Of a DNA stretch of 64,000 nucleotides, positions 1 through 12,161 are shown one piece after another. Both the position numbers and the translations under genes were made by a program. This DNA comes from Macrostomum lignano (taxonomy: Eukaryota): positions 186,001 to 250,000 of the forward strand of contig NIVC01001098.1 in NCBI GenBank assembly GCA_002269645.1. Reading direction: 5' to 3'. Position 1 is the first letter of the stretch. Every line of letters starts with the position of its first letter. The notes under the pieces were generated by a model. The model searched no databases. It saw only the letters and a list, made by a program, of their open reading frames with translations, and had not been told where the DNA came from.

Positions 1-80
1 TCCCATTAGCTTTCCATCTGATGAATGGCGTTCGGCCTCTGAATCTTCTCTACCATGGTTATACCCTCTGAGTATTATCT

Positions 81-370
81 CCAATTGAGTAACCCTCTCT
101 GAGTATTCTCTCCAATTGAGTAACCCTCTCTGAGTATTCTCTCCAATTGAGTAACCCTCTCTGAGTATTCTCTCCAATTGAGTAACCCTCTCTGGGTATT
201 CTCTCCAATTGAGTAACCCTCTCTGAGTATTCTCTCCAATTGAGTATACCCTCCCTGAGCATTCTCCCCAATTGAGTATACCCTCCCTGAGCATTTTCTC
301 CAATTGAGTATACCCTCCCTGAGCATTCTCTCCAATTGAGTGTACCCTCCCTGAGCATTCTCTCCAATTA
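81..370. repeat. 31-32 bp minisatellite (CCAATTGAGTAACCCTCTCTGAGTATTCTCT), ~9 copies, probably intronic to the GPCR at 401-793
   Basis: CCAATTGAG recurs at 81, 112, 143 and onward; right-hand copies are a 32-bp variant (GAGTATACCCTCCCTGAGC). Confidence 0.95.
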
Positions 371-400
371 AGTATTGGGCAACGCTAAGATTTGCCCCAC

Positions 401-793
401 CTGTCGAGCAGCAGCCGCCAGGCCCGCCAGTAGCAGCGGCAGTCCAGGTCCCGGCAGCGGCAGGTGGCTGCGGACAAGTGACAGGCCTACAGCCAGATAG
501 AGAGCCTGGCACAACTGGAAGATGGTCTCAAACAGAGACAGGCCGGTCAGCAGCAAGCAGGCAGGCGAGCGGGCGAAGGAGCGGTTGAGGAAGACCGCCA
601 TGGAGAGGCCGTTGGCCAGCGCGTTGAACACGCAGAGCGCGGCGTTGGCGGCCTCCATTCGATAGCCGGTGGCATCGGCGGCGACTCCGCTGGAGTTGGT
701 CATCAGGTCCGACGAGTCCTGGCACATCGCCGAGTCCCACGGCAGCTGCAGCACGAGGGCGAACTGCTGGCTTGGCTGAGGCTGGTCTTCCAT
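401..793 (-). CDS. First coding exon of a class A (rhodopsin-like) GPCR, peptide-receptor-like; the rest lies left of or outside the window
   Basis: ATG at 793. TM1-like ALCVFNALANGLSMAVF, loop RSFARSP, TM2-like CLLLTGLSLFETIFQL. Donor CAG|GTGGGG after 401. GC-rich codons. Confidence 0.65.
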
Positions 794-2166
794 GGCCGCG
801 GAGAGTCCAGAGCCGCTTCAGTCAGGAGGGCGGTGAGCTGGCAGCGGCAGCTTAGCAAATACTCGCATCAGCTCAGCCCTCATTGGCTGCATGCCGAAGT
901 GCGAGCCGAAGCAGCCAATTCGATCTCGCGTTCCCACGAGGCAGTCCTCAATATCCTGAACATCCTGTTTGCTTCATTTTTATTGCCTATGGCCAGCGTG
1001 CCTTCATCTCCGATTCCGCTAATTTATCTGCGCATGTTTCACAGCCTTCAGCTTCTCCGCTCGCAACTCTATTGGCCTCTTTACAAGCACTTTTTCACTG
1101 CTACTTTCTTGCTTGTGCTTTGTTTCCAGCAGTTTTTTACAAAAGCGAATGTACGCTCGGATCTCTCGACATCCCTCTCAAAATCCAGTTAATCTAAAAC
1201 CTTTGCTCCGCAGTCAGCAGCAGCTCTGTACTGAAAATTTACTCTGTACTCTTGGTATAAAGTACAGTTACGAGCCACCAAGGGATAATTTGTGGCGCCA
1301 TTAGTGTTGCGCACCACTCAAACAAAGCTCTAGTTACCAGCCCTTCAGGCTGTTGAGATGTTCAATGTAAAACAAGCATTTGGCTTGATGATTCGATAAC
1401 CGATTTAAATAATTTATTCTTGGTCCTTAACGCGAAACAGCAACCTTGCCGAGCCATTGTGCAATGGACCGAAATTTCTGCTCGCAAGTCAAACTTGCCT
1501 CGACTAAGAATTGATCGTTGCTGGATAGATTAACCGTGTTAGGTGATATTTCAAGTCCGCAGCTCTCCATGAAAGAGGCATCCAAGCGTATTCGGTCACT
1601 CCTCCGCCACATAAAGCAGCGCTACTATCAGTAGTGGGGACTACGGACTGCGAGAAAAATTTACTGATGTGCTGGGACAGCCAGCAGCTCCAGTCATACA
1701 ATAAAAAATTATGCACTGTCGGCACAAGCGCCTCCGACTCTTGGCAATCAGTTTGCAGCTGCCGGGGGACCAGCGCCAGACACCGGGCCATTCCCAGGAG
1801 TCACCCCATCGAGTTTGGGGCTTTCTGCTCAGATTAATGGATGCGGGCGAGAGTGAGTGAGTGAGAGATTTTCATATTAGTGGATACCACCGCCGAAGCC
1901 GACACTCCCGTGAGTAAACAGAAGTGCATCGATTGAAGCTTTAGAGAGACAGCTTTTACCTTGCGCAAAGTGCGACCGCACTCACCGACTGCTGATAGCT
2001 GAGCTTGCAAAACAATGATCAACTCTGGCCTGCTAACTTCACAGGACACAGAAAGTTAGAAACACGGCACAGTGCAGTTCTGCTCTGCATCAGTCATTAC
2101 AGCACAGAATAGAAATTCAAAACAGAGCGGCAGCTCAGACGCTGCTGATAGACTTCGGGGAGGATG

Positions 2167-2385
2167 CACTGCAGCACTGATGCTGGTGGCAGAGGGACTG
2201 TCAGATAGCTCACTGCAGCACTGATGCTGGTGGCAGAGGGACTGTCAGATAGCTCACTGCAGCACTGATGTTGGTGGCAGAGGGACTGTCAGATAGCTCA
2301 CTGCAGCACTGATGTTGGTGGCAGAGGGACTGTCAGATAGCTCACTGCAGCACTGATGCTGGTGGCAGAGGGACTGTCAGATAGC
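2167..2385. repeat. 44-bp tandem repeat, 5 copies
   Basis: CACTGCAGCACTGATG starts at 2167, 2211, 2255, 2299, 2343. Confidence 0.95.
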
Positions 2386-2851
2386 CCATTGCTTTCAGCA
2401 GCGATGACGGCTTGCTTCCCCATTGCCTGAATTCTCCCATAGCACTACAGCAGCAGCTGCTTGCATTTGAGCCAGTGAAAACATGCAGGAACTGCACAGG
2501 CTAGGACAGGTCCAGGCCTGTATGCGCTGAAAAAACAGTTGCCAGCACCGCCCAGCAGCGGCTTTGGCTGCTAAATTTAGAACCAGAAAACCGAAGCTGC
2601 TGCCGTACGCATGGGATCACTACAGCTTTAACTCACAGCCTAGTGCTCAGGCGGGATAATTGACTGTTTAAAAAAAACACACTTAAAATGGTATCTAACA
2701 AAAATTCCAGTGCACGGTAATCAATCGCGAGAATACGGACTGGCCAGCAATAACATGGCCATGTTATGTATTTGCCGCACTGTTTCACAATGTCAGAAAT
2801 GCAAGACACAGCGAAGGACAAGGCTAGGAGTAAATTTACACATCAAGTCTA

Positions 2852-3733
2852 TCAGACTGGCCGCAGTCTGCCGCCTACCGTCTGCCTCAGCCTGTCGATG
2901 GCCGCGGACAGCCGGTTGACATCCAGAAGGCAGACCCGGTAGATCCACGACTGGCCATCGGCCTCGCCCCGGCCCGCTGGCGGCCGCAGCGGCTTCCAGG
3001 CGCCCAGACCGGCTGCCGCCTGCAGGATGTCGTCCTCGGCGAAGACGGCCTCCTCCGCACCGGCGCTGTCACCCTCGCCAGCCACGCATGCCGGACTGAT
3101 CAGGAGAAGCCGCGATGGCGCCGGCTTGGCTTGGGCCAGCTCCGCCTGCAGGGCCTCCAGCTGCGGCAGCGACAGCTCGGGCGGCAGCTCCTCAGCCCGA
3201 GCCTTCACCAGCAACTGCAGCTGCAGCGCCGCCGCGGCCTCGCGCAGGCATTCGCGCAGCCCCGTGGCGGAGTCCAAGTCCGCGATGCCCAGCACCGACA
3301 GCACGCCGTCGTCCTCCGCGTCTTCGCCGTCGGCCTCCTTTTCTTCCTCGTCAGGGAGGCTCTGCTTGACCACGCTGGCGAACCGGCGGCCCTCCGGCGT
3401 ATCCGTCAGCCGCTCCGCTAAGGCGGCAGCCGCGCCGGCCGGAGCCCAGGGCGGCAGCTGGCAGCGCCGGATCAGGCGGGCCACAGCAGCAGCGTCACTG
3501 GGCTCCGGGTCACAGCCCTCCAGCGAGAACCACTCCAGCTCCTCGGGCCCAGTATCCTCAGCCTCATCATCGTCACCCCCGCTTGAATCTTCGTCTTCCT
3601 CTTCAGCATCTGCTTCCTTGTCCTCGTCTGACTCTGAGTCATCAGCATCTAGCTTCTCTTCTGCCTCAGTCTTCTGCTTTTTCTTTCGATCTTCTTTTGC
3701 TTCGCGACAGCGTCTCTTTGAAGCGGCGGGCAT
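2852..3733 (-). CDS. BCCIP: BCCIP/Bcp1-family protein, intronless, 293 aa, divergent
   Basis: Basic then acidic N-terminus followed by blocks matching recalled BCCIP in order: EELEWFSLEG (EEVNIEFEA), FASVVKQS (IGSVIKQT), EDDGVLSVLGIADL (EDEVFGFISLLNL), EELPPELSLPQLEALQAEL (INVPPQIALPMYQQLQKEL), RLLLIS (FYLLIS), VCLLDVNRLSAAIDRL (VMLIPGDKMNEIMDKL). Probable start is ATG 3733; the upstream part of the 886-aa ORF is satellite. Confidence 0.75.
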   Translation of the reverse strand: MPAASKRRCREAKEDRKKKQKTEAEEKLDADDSESDEDKEADAEEEDEDSSGGDDDEAEDTGPEELEWFSLEGCDPEPSDAAAVARLIRRCQLPPWAPAGAAAALAERLTDTPEGRRFASVVKQSLPDEEEKEADGEDAEDDGVLSVLGIADLDSATGLRECLREAAAALQLQLLVKARAEELPPELSLPQLEALQAELAQAKPAPSRLLLISPACVAGEGDSAGAEEAVFAEDDILQAAAGLGAWKPLRPPAGRGEADGQSWIYRVCLLDVNRLSAAIDRLRQTVGGRLRPV

Positions 3734-3865
3734 GACGCAGCGGAAGAGCGCTTGGCTGCGGGGAACAGGGCCATTGTAGATAGATGCAGGCAGGGGTGAA
3801 ATACATAGATATGGACAGGGTAGACAGCAGATGTAGACACTGGTATTCGGATTCAGACCCGGATT

Positions 3866-5475
3866 GATGGATGCAGGCATGTGCAGATGGATGCAGGAAT
3901 GTGCAGATGGATGCAGGAATGTGCAGATGGATGCAGGAATGTGCAGATGGATGTCGGCATGTGCAGATGGATGCAGGCATGTGCAGATGGATGTCGGCAT
4001 GTGCAGATGGATGTCGGCATGTGCAGATGGATGCAGGCATGTGCAGATGGATGTCGGCATGTGCAGATGGATGCAGGAATGTGCAGATGGATGCAGGAAT
4101 GTGCAGATGGATGCCGGCATGTGCAGATGGATGCAGGCATGTGCAGATGGATGCAGGAATGTGCAGATGGATGGAGGCATGTGCAGATGGATGCAGGCAT
4201 GTGCAGATGGATCTCGGCATGTGCAGATGAATGTCGGCATGTGCAGATGGATCTCGGCATGTGCAGATGGATGGATGCATGCGCAGATGGATGTCGGCAT
4301 GTGCAGATGGATGGAGGCATGTGCAGATGGATGTCGGCATGTGCAGATGGATGGATGCATGCGCAGATGGATGGAGGCATGTGCAGATGGATGGAGGCAT
4401 GTGCAGATGGATGTCGGCATGTGCAGATGGATCTCGGCATGTGCAGATGGATGCAGGCATGCGCAGATGGATGTCGGCATGTGCAGATGGATGGAGGCAT
4501 GTGCAGATGGATGTCGGCATGTGCAGATGGATCTCGGCATGTGCAGATGGATGGATGCATGCGCAGATGGATGTCGGCATGTGCAGATGGATGGAGGCAT
4601 GTGCAGATGGATGTCGGCATGTGCAGATGGATCTCGGCATGTGCAGATAGATGCAGGCATGCGCAGATGGATGTCGGCATGTGCAGATGGATCTCGGCAT
4701 GTGCAGATGGATGCAGGCATGCGCAGATGGATGCAGGCATGTGCAGATGGATGGAGGCATGCGCAGATGGATGGAGGCATGTGCAGATGGATGGATGCAT
4801 GCGCAGATGGATGCAGGAATGTGCAGATGGATGTCGGCATGTGCAGATGGATGCAGGCATGTGCAGATGGATGGAGGCATGCGCAGATGGATGGAGGCAT
4901 GTGCAGATGGATGGATGCATGCGCAGATGGATCTCGGCATGTGCAGATGGATGTCGGCATGTGCAGATGGATGCAGGCATGCGCAGATGGATGCAGGCAT
5001 GTGCAGATGGATGCAGGCATGCGCAGATGGATGCAGGCATGTGCAGATGGATGCAGGAATGTGCAGATGGATGCAGGCATGTGCAGATGGATGCAGGCAT
5101 GTGCAGATGGATGGAGGCATGTGCAGATGGATGCAGGCATGCGCAGATGGATGCAGGCATGTGCAGATGGATGTCGACATGTGCAGATGGATGCAGGCAT
5201 GTGCAGATGGATGGAGGCATGTGCAGATGGATGCAGGCATGTGCAGATGGATGCAGGCATGTGCAGATGGATGCAGGAATGTGCAGATGGATGCAGGAAT
5301 GTGCAGATGGATGCAGGCATGTGCAGATGGATGCCGGCATGTGCAGATGGATGCAGGCATGTGCAGATGGATGCAGGCATGTGCAGATGGATGCAGGCAT
5401 GTGCAGATGGATGCAGGCATGTGCAGATGGATGCAGGCATGTGCAGATGGATGCAGGCATGTGCAGATGGATGCC
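3866..5475. repeat. 20-bp minisatellite (GATGCAGGCATGTGCAGATG), ~80 copies
   Basis: Exact 20-bp period with a variable 5-nt slot; nearly stop-free, which produces the long six-frame ORFs. Confidence 0.97.
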
Positions 5476-6016
5476 CAGACAAATGCATAAGAACAGGGTG
5501 ACAAGAGTACAAAGCAGACCAAGCAGCAATAGAATAATCTAATTAGCCAAGTTCAAATGACAAACACGAAAGCATTTCATATAAAGAGGCTAAAAATAGC
5601 AAACGCCGGCCCCAGAAGCGGAATGTATTTCCATTGTGCGTCACGGCCAAGTATTCAATAGGCGCAGTTTATATACACAGGTTGAATAGAACAATAATAA
5701 CCATTGGTAAGAGAGAGAAGGCCGAAGGCAGACACGCACAGAAAGTCATAAAGACGCTTGGTTAACGCGCAAGCAGACAGGTAAAGCCATATAAGCCTGG
5801 GAGACGGTTTGTACATGAGCACAGTGCTTGGTAAGGCCATTCGAATGTGGTGCAGCGAATTCTTTATGCGGGACGGATCACAGCCGGCTGAAACAGATAT
5901 AAAAAATAAAAAACAGATGCTGTCAAAATTTGAATTTCTAAAAATCAATATAAAACAGAAGGCGGCGAATTTCGGACGGAGAGCGATGAAGTCTGGTTGA
6001 GCTGCAGCCAAGGCAC

Positions 6017-7398
6017 TGCATAGCAACCACCACTGCACCAGGGCACTGTGGGATGCCTGACTATGCATAGCAACCAACACTGCACCAGGGCACTGTGGGA
6101 TGCCTGACTATGCATAGCAACCACCACTGCACCAGGGCACAGTGGGATGCCTGACTATGCATAGCAACCACCACTGCACCAGGGCACAGTGGGATGCCTG
6201 ACTATGCATAGCAACCACCACTGCACCAGGGCACAGTGGGATGCCTGACTATGCATAGCAACCACCACTGCACCAGGGCACAGTGGGATGCCTGACTATG
6301 CATAGCAACCACCACTGCACCAGGGCACTGTGGGATGCCTGACTATGCATAGCAACCACCACTGCACCAGGGCACAGTGGGATGCCTGACTATGCATAGC
6401 AACCAACACTGCACCAGGGCACAGTGGGATGCCTGACTATGCATAGCAACCAACACTGCACCAGGGCACTGTGGGATGCCTGACTATGCATAGCAACCAA
6501 CACTGCACCAGGGCACTGTGGGATGCCTGACTATGCATAGCAACCAACACTGCACCAGGGCACTGTGGGATGCCTGACTATGCATAGCAACCACCACTGC
6601 ACCAGGGCACAGTGGGATGCCTGACTATGCATAGCAACCACCACTGCACCAGGGCACAGTGGGATGCCTGACTATGCATAGCAACCACCACTGCACCAGG
6701 GCACAGTGGGATGCCTGACTATGCATAGCAACCACCACTGCACCAGGGCACAGTGGGATGCCTGACTATGCATAGCAACCACCACTGCACCAGGGCACAG
6801 TGGGATGCCTGACTATGCATAGCAACCACCACTGCACCAGGGCACAGTGGGATGCCTGACTATGCATAGCAACCACCACTGCACCAGGGCACAGTGGGAT
6901 GCCTGACTATGCATAGCAACCACCACTGCACCAGGGCACTGTGGGATGCCTGACTATGCATAGCAACCACCACTGCACCAGGGCACAGTGGGATGCCTGA
7001 CTATGCATAGCAACCACCACTGCACCAGGGCACAGTGGGATGCCTGACTATGCATAGCAACCACCACTGCACCAGGGCACAGTGGGATGCCTGACTATGC
7101 ATAGCAACCACCACTGCACCAGGGCACTGTGGGATGCCTGACTATGCATAGCAACCACCACTGCACCAGGGCACAGTGGGATGCCTGACTATGCATAGCA
7201 ACCACCACTGCACCAGGGCACAGTGGGATGCCTGACTATGCATAGCAACCACCACTGCACCAGGGCACAGTGGGATGCCTGACTATGCATAGCAACCAAC
7301 ACTGCACCAGGGCACAGTGGGATGCCTGACTATGCATAGCAACCAACACTGCACCAGGGCACTGTGGGATGCCTGACTATGCATAGCAACCAACACTG
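6017..7398. repeat. 47-bp minisatellite, ~29 copies
   Basis: TGCATAGCAACCACCACTGCACCAGGGCACAGTGGGATGCCTGACTA at 6017, 6064, 6111 and onward. Confidence 0.97.
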
Positions 7399-7669
7399 AA
7401 TTCATGCACAATGCAACTGGGAAAGCCTGAATCAATGTCCTGCACAGAAGGGTAGAGGATAAGTGTGCAATTTGCATGTAAAATAAGCAGATTATGCGGA
7501 GCCTGAAAGTGAAGACAGAGAGCATACCGATAATGCAACACGCAAAACAACAGCGATCAGAATTTGTTTGCATTGGACGGCTGTAAGAAATAAGTGCATG
7601 GATTCAGCCTGGCTAAACTCCTTGCTAAAAATAAAAACGGTTAAGGGCTAAACTTCTTACTGCACCATT

Positions 7670-8368
7670 CAGGAGTCCCCGGCCACGAAGGCGCCTTACA
7701 GTGCTCAAGCTACTCAGGAGTCCCCGGACACGAAGGCGCCCTACAGTGCTCAAGCTACTCAGGAGTTCCCGGACACGAAGGCGCCCTACAGTGCTCAAGC
7801 TATTCAGGAGTTCCCGGACACGAAGGCGCCCTACAGTGCTCAAGCTATTTAGGAGTTCCCGGCCACGAAGGCGCCCTACAGTGCTCAAGCTACTCAGGAG
7901 TCCCCGGACACGAGGGCGCCCTACAGTGCTCAAGCTACTCAGGAGTTTCCGGACACGAAGGCGCCCTACAGTGCTCAAGCTACTCAGGAGTTCCCGGACA
8001 CGAAGGCGCCCTACAGTGCTCAAGCTATTCAGGAGTACCCGGCCACGAAGGCGCCCTACAGTGCTCAAGCTATTCAGGAGTTCCCGGACACGAAGGCGCC
8101 CTACAGTGCTCAAGCTACTCAGGAGTTCCCGGACACGAAGGCGCCCTACAGTGCTCAAGCTATTCAGGAGTTCCCGGACACGAAGGCGCCCTACAGTGCT
8201 CAAGCTACTCAGGAGTTCCCGGACACGAAGGCGCCCTACATTGCTCAAGCTATTCAGGAGTTCCCGGACACGAGGGCGCCCTACATTGCTCAAGCTATTC
8301 AGGAGTTCCCGGACACGAGGGCGCCCTACAGTGCTCAAGCTACTCAGGAGTCCCCGGACACGAAGGCG
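7670..8368. repeat. 45-bp minisatellite, ~15 copies, overlapping the stop codon and 3' UTR of the GPCR
   Basis: CAGGAGTTCCCGGACACGAAGGCGCCCTACAGTGCTCAAGCTACT at 7670, 7715 and onward; the last unit encodes the final residues SAFVSGDS* on the minus strand. Confidence 0.95.
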
Positions 8369-11300
8369 CTGTTATCTAGCACTGGCTGCGGCATTAGCGG
8401 CAACGTCCGGGACGCCGTTCGCTTCCGCTTCTTCTTCTTCTGCACAGCGGTCGACTCCGGCTGCTGCTGGCCGCCGCTGTCGCGCGGAATCTCCGCTAAT
8501 TCCGTGGCCTCCTCGCGAGGCGTTGCCGAAAGAGCCTCCGGCGGGACCTCGGGCAGGTCGGGACGCCGCTTCGGCCGAACAGGCGACTTCGTGATGCAGG
8601 GCGGCAAAGGCTGCGATTGCTGCTGCGCCTGCGGCACGGGCGGCGGCTCCACCGAGTTCTGACGCACGCGACGTGGCCGCCGCTTGGCGGAAGCCGAAGC
8701 GTCCTTAGAGGCATCAGGAAGGTCGCCGCTGGCCACCAGCAGGCCCGACTGGCTGTTGAAGCTGGAGTCCGCTGCCGGCGCTGTCGGCTCCACGGGTGCG
8801 GCTGCCGCTTTCTTCTTTTTCTTCTTTTTCTGCTTCTGCGCCACAGCCGGTTCCTGGCCGCTGCTGCTTTTTTTTCGCCTTGGCTTCTGCGGCTCCTCCA
8901 GCGCCTGCTGGGGCTCAGCGTCCTTGGTGGCCAGCTCCGGGTCGGTTGGTGCCGATGCCGCAGCTGCTGCCGAGCTCGCCGCCTCTTTTGCCTCTTCGTC
9001 ACCGCTGATGTCGCCGAGCTGCCCGGCCAAGGACGGCGCCGACGCGGCCTGGCGAATGTCCGGCCGGGAGTCCGCGACGTCGCACGCGACCGGCTGGTCG
9101 GACGAATGCGGCTGGCGGTGCGTCGGAGAGGTCGGATAAGTCTGGGATTTTCCTGCCCCACTGAGCTCCCTTGCCTGCCCCACTGAGCTCCCCTGCCTGC
9201 CCCACTGAGCTCCCCTGCCTGCCCCACTGAGCTCCCTTGCCTGCCCCACTGAGCTCCCTTGCCTGCCCCACTGAGCTCCCCTGCCTGCCCCACTGAGCTC
9301 CCCTGCCTGCCCCACTGAGCTCCCCTGCCTGCCCCACTGAGCTCCCCTGCCTGCCCCACTGAGCTCCCTTGCCTGCCCCACTGAGCTCCCTTGCCTGCCC
9401 CACTGAGCTCCCCTGCCTGCCCCACTGAGCTCCCCTGCCTGCCCCACTGAGCTCCCCTGCCTGCCCCACTGAGCTCCCTTGCCTGCCCCACTGAGCTCCC
9501 CTGCCTGCCCCACTGAGCTCCCTTGCCTGCCCCACTGAGCTCCCTTGCCTGCCCCACTGAGCTCCCTTGCCTGCCCCACTGAGCTCCCTTGCCTGCCCCA
9601 CTGAGCTCCCCTGCCTGCCCCACTGAGCTCCCCTGCCTGCCCCACTGAGCTCCCCTGCCTGCCCCACTGAGCTCCCCTGCCTGCCCCACTGAGCTCCCCT
9701 GCCTGCCCCACTGAGCTCCCCTGCCTGCCCCACTGAGCTCCCCTGCCTGCCCCACTGAGCTCCCCTGCCTGCCCCACTGAGCTCCCCTGCCTGCCCCACT
9801 GAGCTCCCTTGCCTGCCCCACTGAGCTCCCGCAGTCGCAGCCAAACGGTTTCATTAAAATCGGTGCTCACCTGCATGTGAAGCCCATTGGAATTGGCGAA
9901 CAGCACGGGGACTCGCAGCGGCTCCCCGGGCTCAGCCAGAGCCGTCTCCGCTGCCGGCTCCCACTCGCTGCCAGCGTCGGTGATTTGCAGGTCGGCTTCA
10001 GCGCCGCCAGCATCTGGCAGAGTCGCTGAAGCCGCGTCGCCTCCCGCTCGAGTCGACAGCTCCGAGTTACCTGTGGCGTTTCCGTTACCATGGAAACCGT
10101 TAGCTTCGCCGCCACCATGCAGCAGCCTGGGTCCGTCCGTCACGTGATTGCTGGACTTTGGCGTCTTGCAGCTGGCCAGCTGGTTGAGCTTCCGCCGCAC
10201 GTCCGGCCGCACGGCCAGCACCAGACAGGGGCAGGCGGGCCCGAAGGCCACCCGCAGCCAGAACAGGGCGGTCTCGGCCGCCGGGTCGGCTGACTCGCGC
10301 AGCCGGTTGAGGGAATCGCGGAGCTCCAGGGAGTTCTTGACCCGGTCGATGCTGACGGCCACGGTGTAGGGCCCGGCCAGGAGTATCCAGGCGGCCAGCA
10401 GGGCGCCCGTCATCTTGGCCAAGTTGAGGTCCGACCAGGTCTGCGGAGAGGCGGAGCAGCGGCCAGGATAAAGCTACAGCCTAAAAACGGCCCTTTAGAG
10501 GACAGACTTCAATTTCTTAATCGTACTGGCCTTTTCAGTTCAAGATCAACAAAAAGTCAAATGGTACATTTCGGAAACTCAAGAACAATATGATTAGCGA
10601 TATCTTTCCTCAATGGAGACAAAGTGAATCAATCAAATAAAGCTGTTTATGAAATGAAATTATCTTCCTTACTGGTCATGGAGTCATGGACTCAGCTAGC
10701 TGACTTGTCACTTAAAATTTTGCAGCAGCAATTAAATGCATTCTCTTTCTCAACAACTTCAATTTTGGGGGTTCTCTGCACTTTATTAATTTGGGGGCTT
10801 CCATTCAGCCGGAGCAGCCAGATGGACACAGCCCATGCCTGAGCCACCCACCTGAGGCGCGGGCACCCAGCCCATGCCTGAGCCACCCACCTGAGGCGCG
10901 GGCACCCAACCCATGCCTGAGCAACCCACCTGAGGCGCGGGCACCCAGCCGATGCCTGAGCCACCCACCTGAGGCGCGGGCACCCAACCCATGCCTGAGC
11001 AACCCACCTGAGGCGCGGGCACCCAGCCGATGCCTGAGCCACCCACCTGAGGCGCGGGCACCCAGCCGATGCCTGAGCCACCCACCTGAGGCGCGGGCAC
11101 CCAGCCCATGCCTGAGCCACCCACTGAGGCGCAGGCACCCAGCCCATGCCTGAGCCACCCACCTGAGGCGCGGGCACCCTGCCGATGCCTGAGCCACCCA
11201 CCTGAGGCGCGGGCACCCAGCCGATGCCTGAGCCACCCACCTGAGGCGCGGGCACCCAACCCATGCCTGAGCCACCCACCTGAGGCGCGGGCACCCAGCC

Positions 11301-12161
11301 GATGCCTGAGCCACCCACCTGAGGCGCGGGCACCCAGCCGATGCCTGAGCCACCCACCTGAGGCGCGGGCACCCAACCCATGCCTGAGTCACCCACCTGA
11401 GGCGCGGGCACCCGGTCTTGCGTGTAGCCAGTGGAGGTCTGCATGGCCACCCGGCGCTCGCTCTCCTTGGCCCCGATGGCCACGATGGCCACGTAAAGCA
11501 AGCAGAGGGTGGCGAAGGGCAGCAGGAAGCCGAGACACAGGCAGGCCAGCACGTAGGCCAGGGGCGCGGCCGGGCCGACCCCGCAGACGAAGCGGCCGGA
11601 CACGTAGGAGCTCGGCACGGCCAGCGGAGCGGCGGCTGGCGGCAGGGCCAGCGCCATGGCAGCGGCCCAAATGGAGAAGGCGGCCAGGCTGACGGGGGCC
11701 ACACGGAAGCGGCGCCTGTAGCTGTCCAAGTCGCGCAGGGCCCACAGCCTGTCGGAGGCGAGCAGCAGCAGGCTGAATAGCCACAGGTGATCCACCATGG
11801 ACACGGCGAAGGCGCTCATGCGGCAGGCCCAGTCAGGGTGCGGCCAGCCGTTGGTGATGGAGGCACCCAGGGCCACGGTGCAGTTCAGCAGGGTGTCCAG
11901 CCCGTTCACCACGCAGACGCTGCACACGAGGCGGTACACGGAGCGCCGGCGAAGGGTGCGGCTGTACTGCAGCACAATTATGAGCAGCACATTGGTGCAG
12001 CAGGAGGCCGCCATCAGCAGCGCCAGTACGAGACTCCGGGCTGCCACGGCGCCAGTTGAGTCCGCAGTAGTTGGGGAGCTGCTGCTGCTGGAGTTCAACA
12101 GCTGGCCGCCGCCGCCGCTGGGATCCTCGGTGGCATTGGCCGCAGCCAGGCTGAAGCTCAT
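8344..12161 (-). CDS. Class A orphan GPCR, ~710 aa, 3 exons: 11397-12161, 9871-10440, 8344-9141; long low-complexity C-tail; loosely GPR161/GPR101-like
   Basis: Seven hydrophobic segments. TM1 N (CCTNVLL), WPHPDWAC extracellular Cys, DRY variant SDRL, TM6 LLAGPY, TM7/helix 8 WLRVAFGPACPCLVLAVRPDVRRKL. All junctions are phase-0 GT-AG: CAG|GTGGGT at 11397, CCGCAG|ACC at 10440, CAG|GTGAGC at 9871, CCCAG|ACT at 9141. Confidence 0.8.
9155..9830. repeat. 22-bp C-rich/G-rich minisatellite filling GPCR intron 2, ~30 copies
   Basis: CCCCACTGAGCTCCCCTGCCTG, period 22 (9181, 9203 and onward). Confidence 0.97.
10828..11413. repeat. 39-bp minisatellite, 15 copies, straddling the GPCR exon 1/intron 1 junction
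   Basis: ACCCACCTGA at 10846, 10885, up to 11391; one unit at 11119 has a 1-nt deletion. Confidence 0.97.

Noticed and set aside
18-50. Other CTGATGA hammerhead-like cores (also ~18572, ~55197)
   Set aside because: No stem II followed by GAAA in the right spacing.
1400-2050. Possible transposase remnant
   Set aside because: Only short ORFs, with no catalytic motif recognised.
3666-5542. 500-886 aa His/Cys-rich ORFs in all six frames
   Set aside because: Products of a stop-free 20-bp repeat; only 2852-3733 shows protein family features.
7625-8594. 237-aa and 297-aa ORFs with 15-aa repeats
   Set aside because: 45-bp array in the GPCR 3' region; no independent coding signal.
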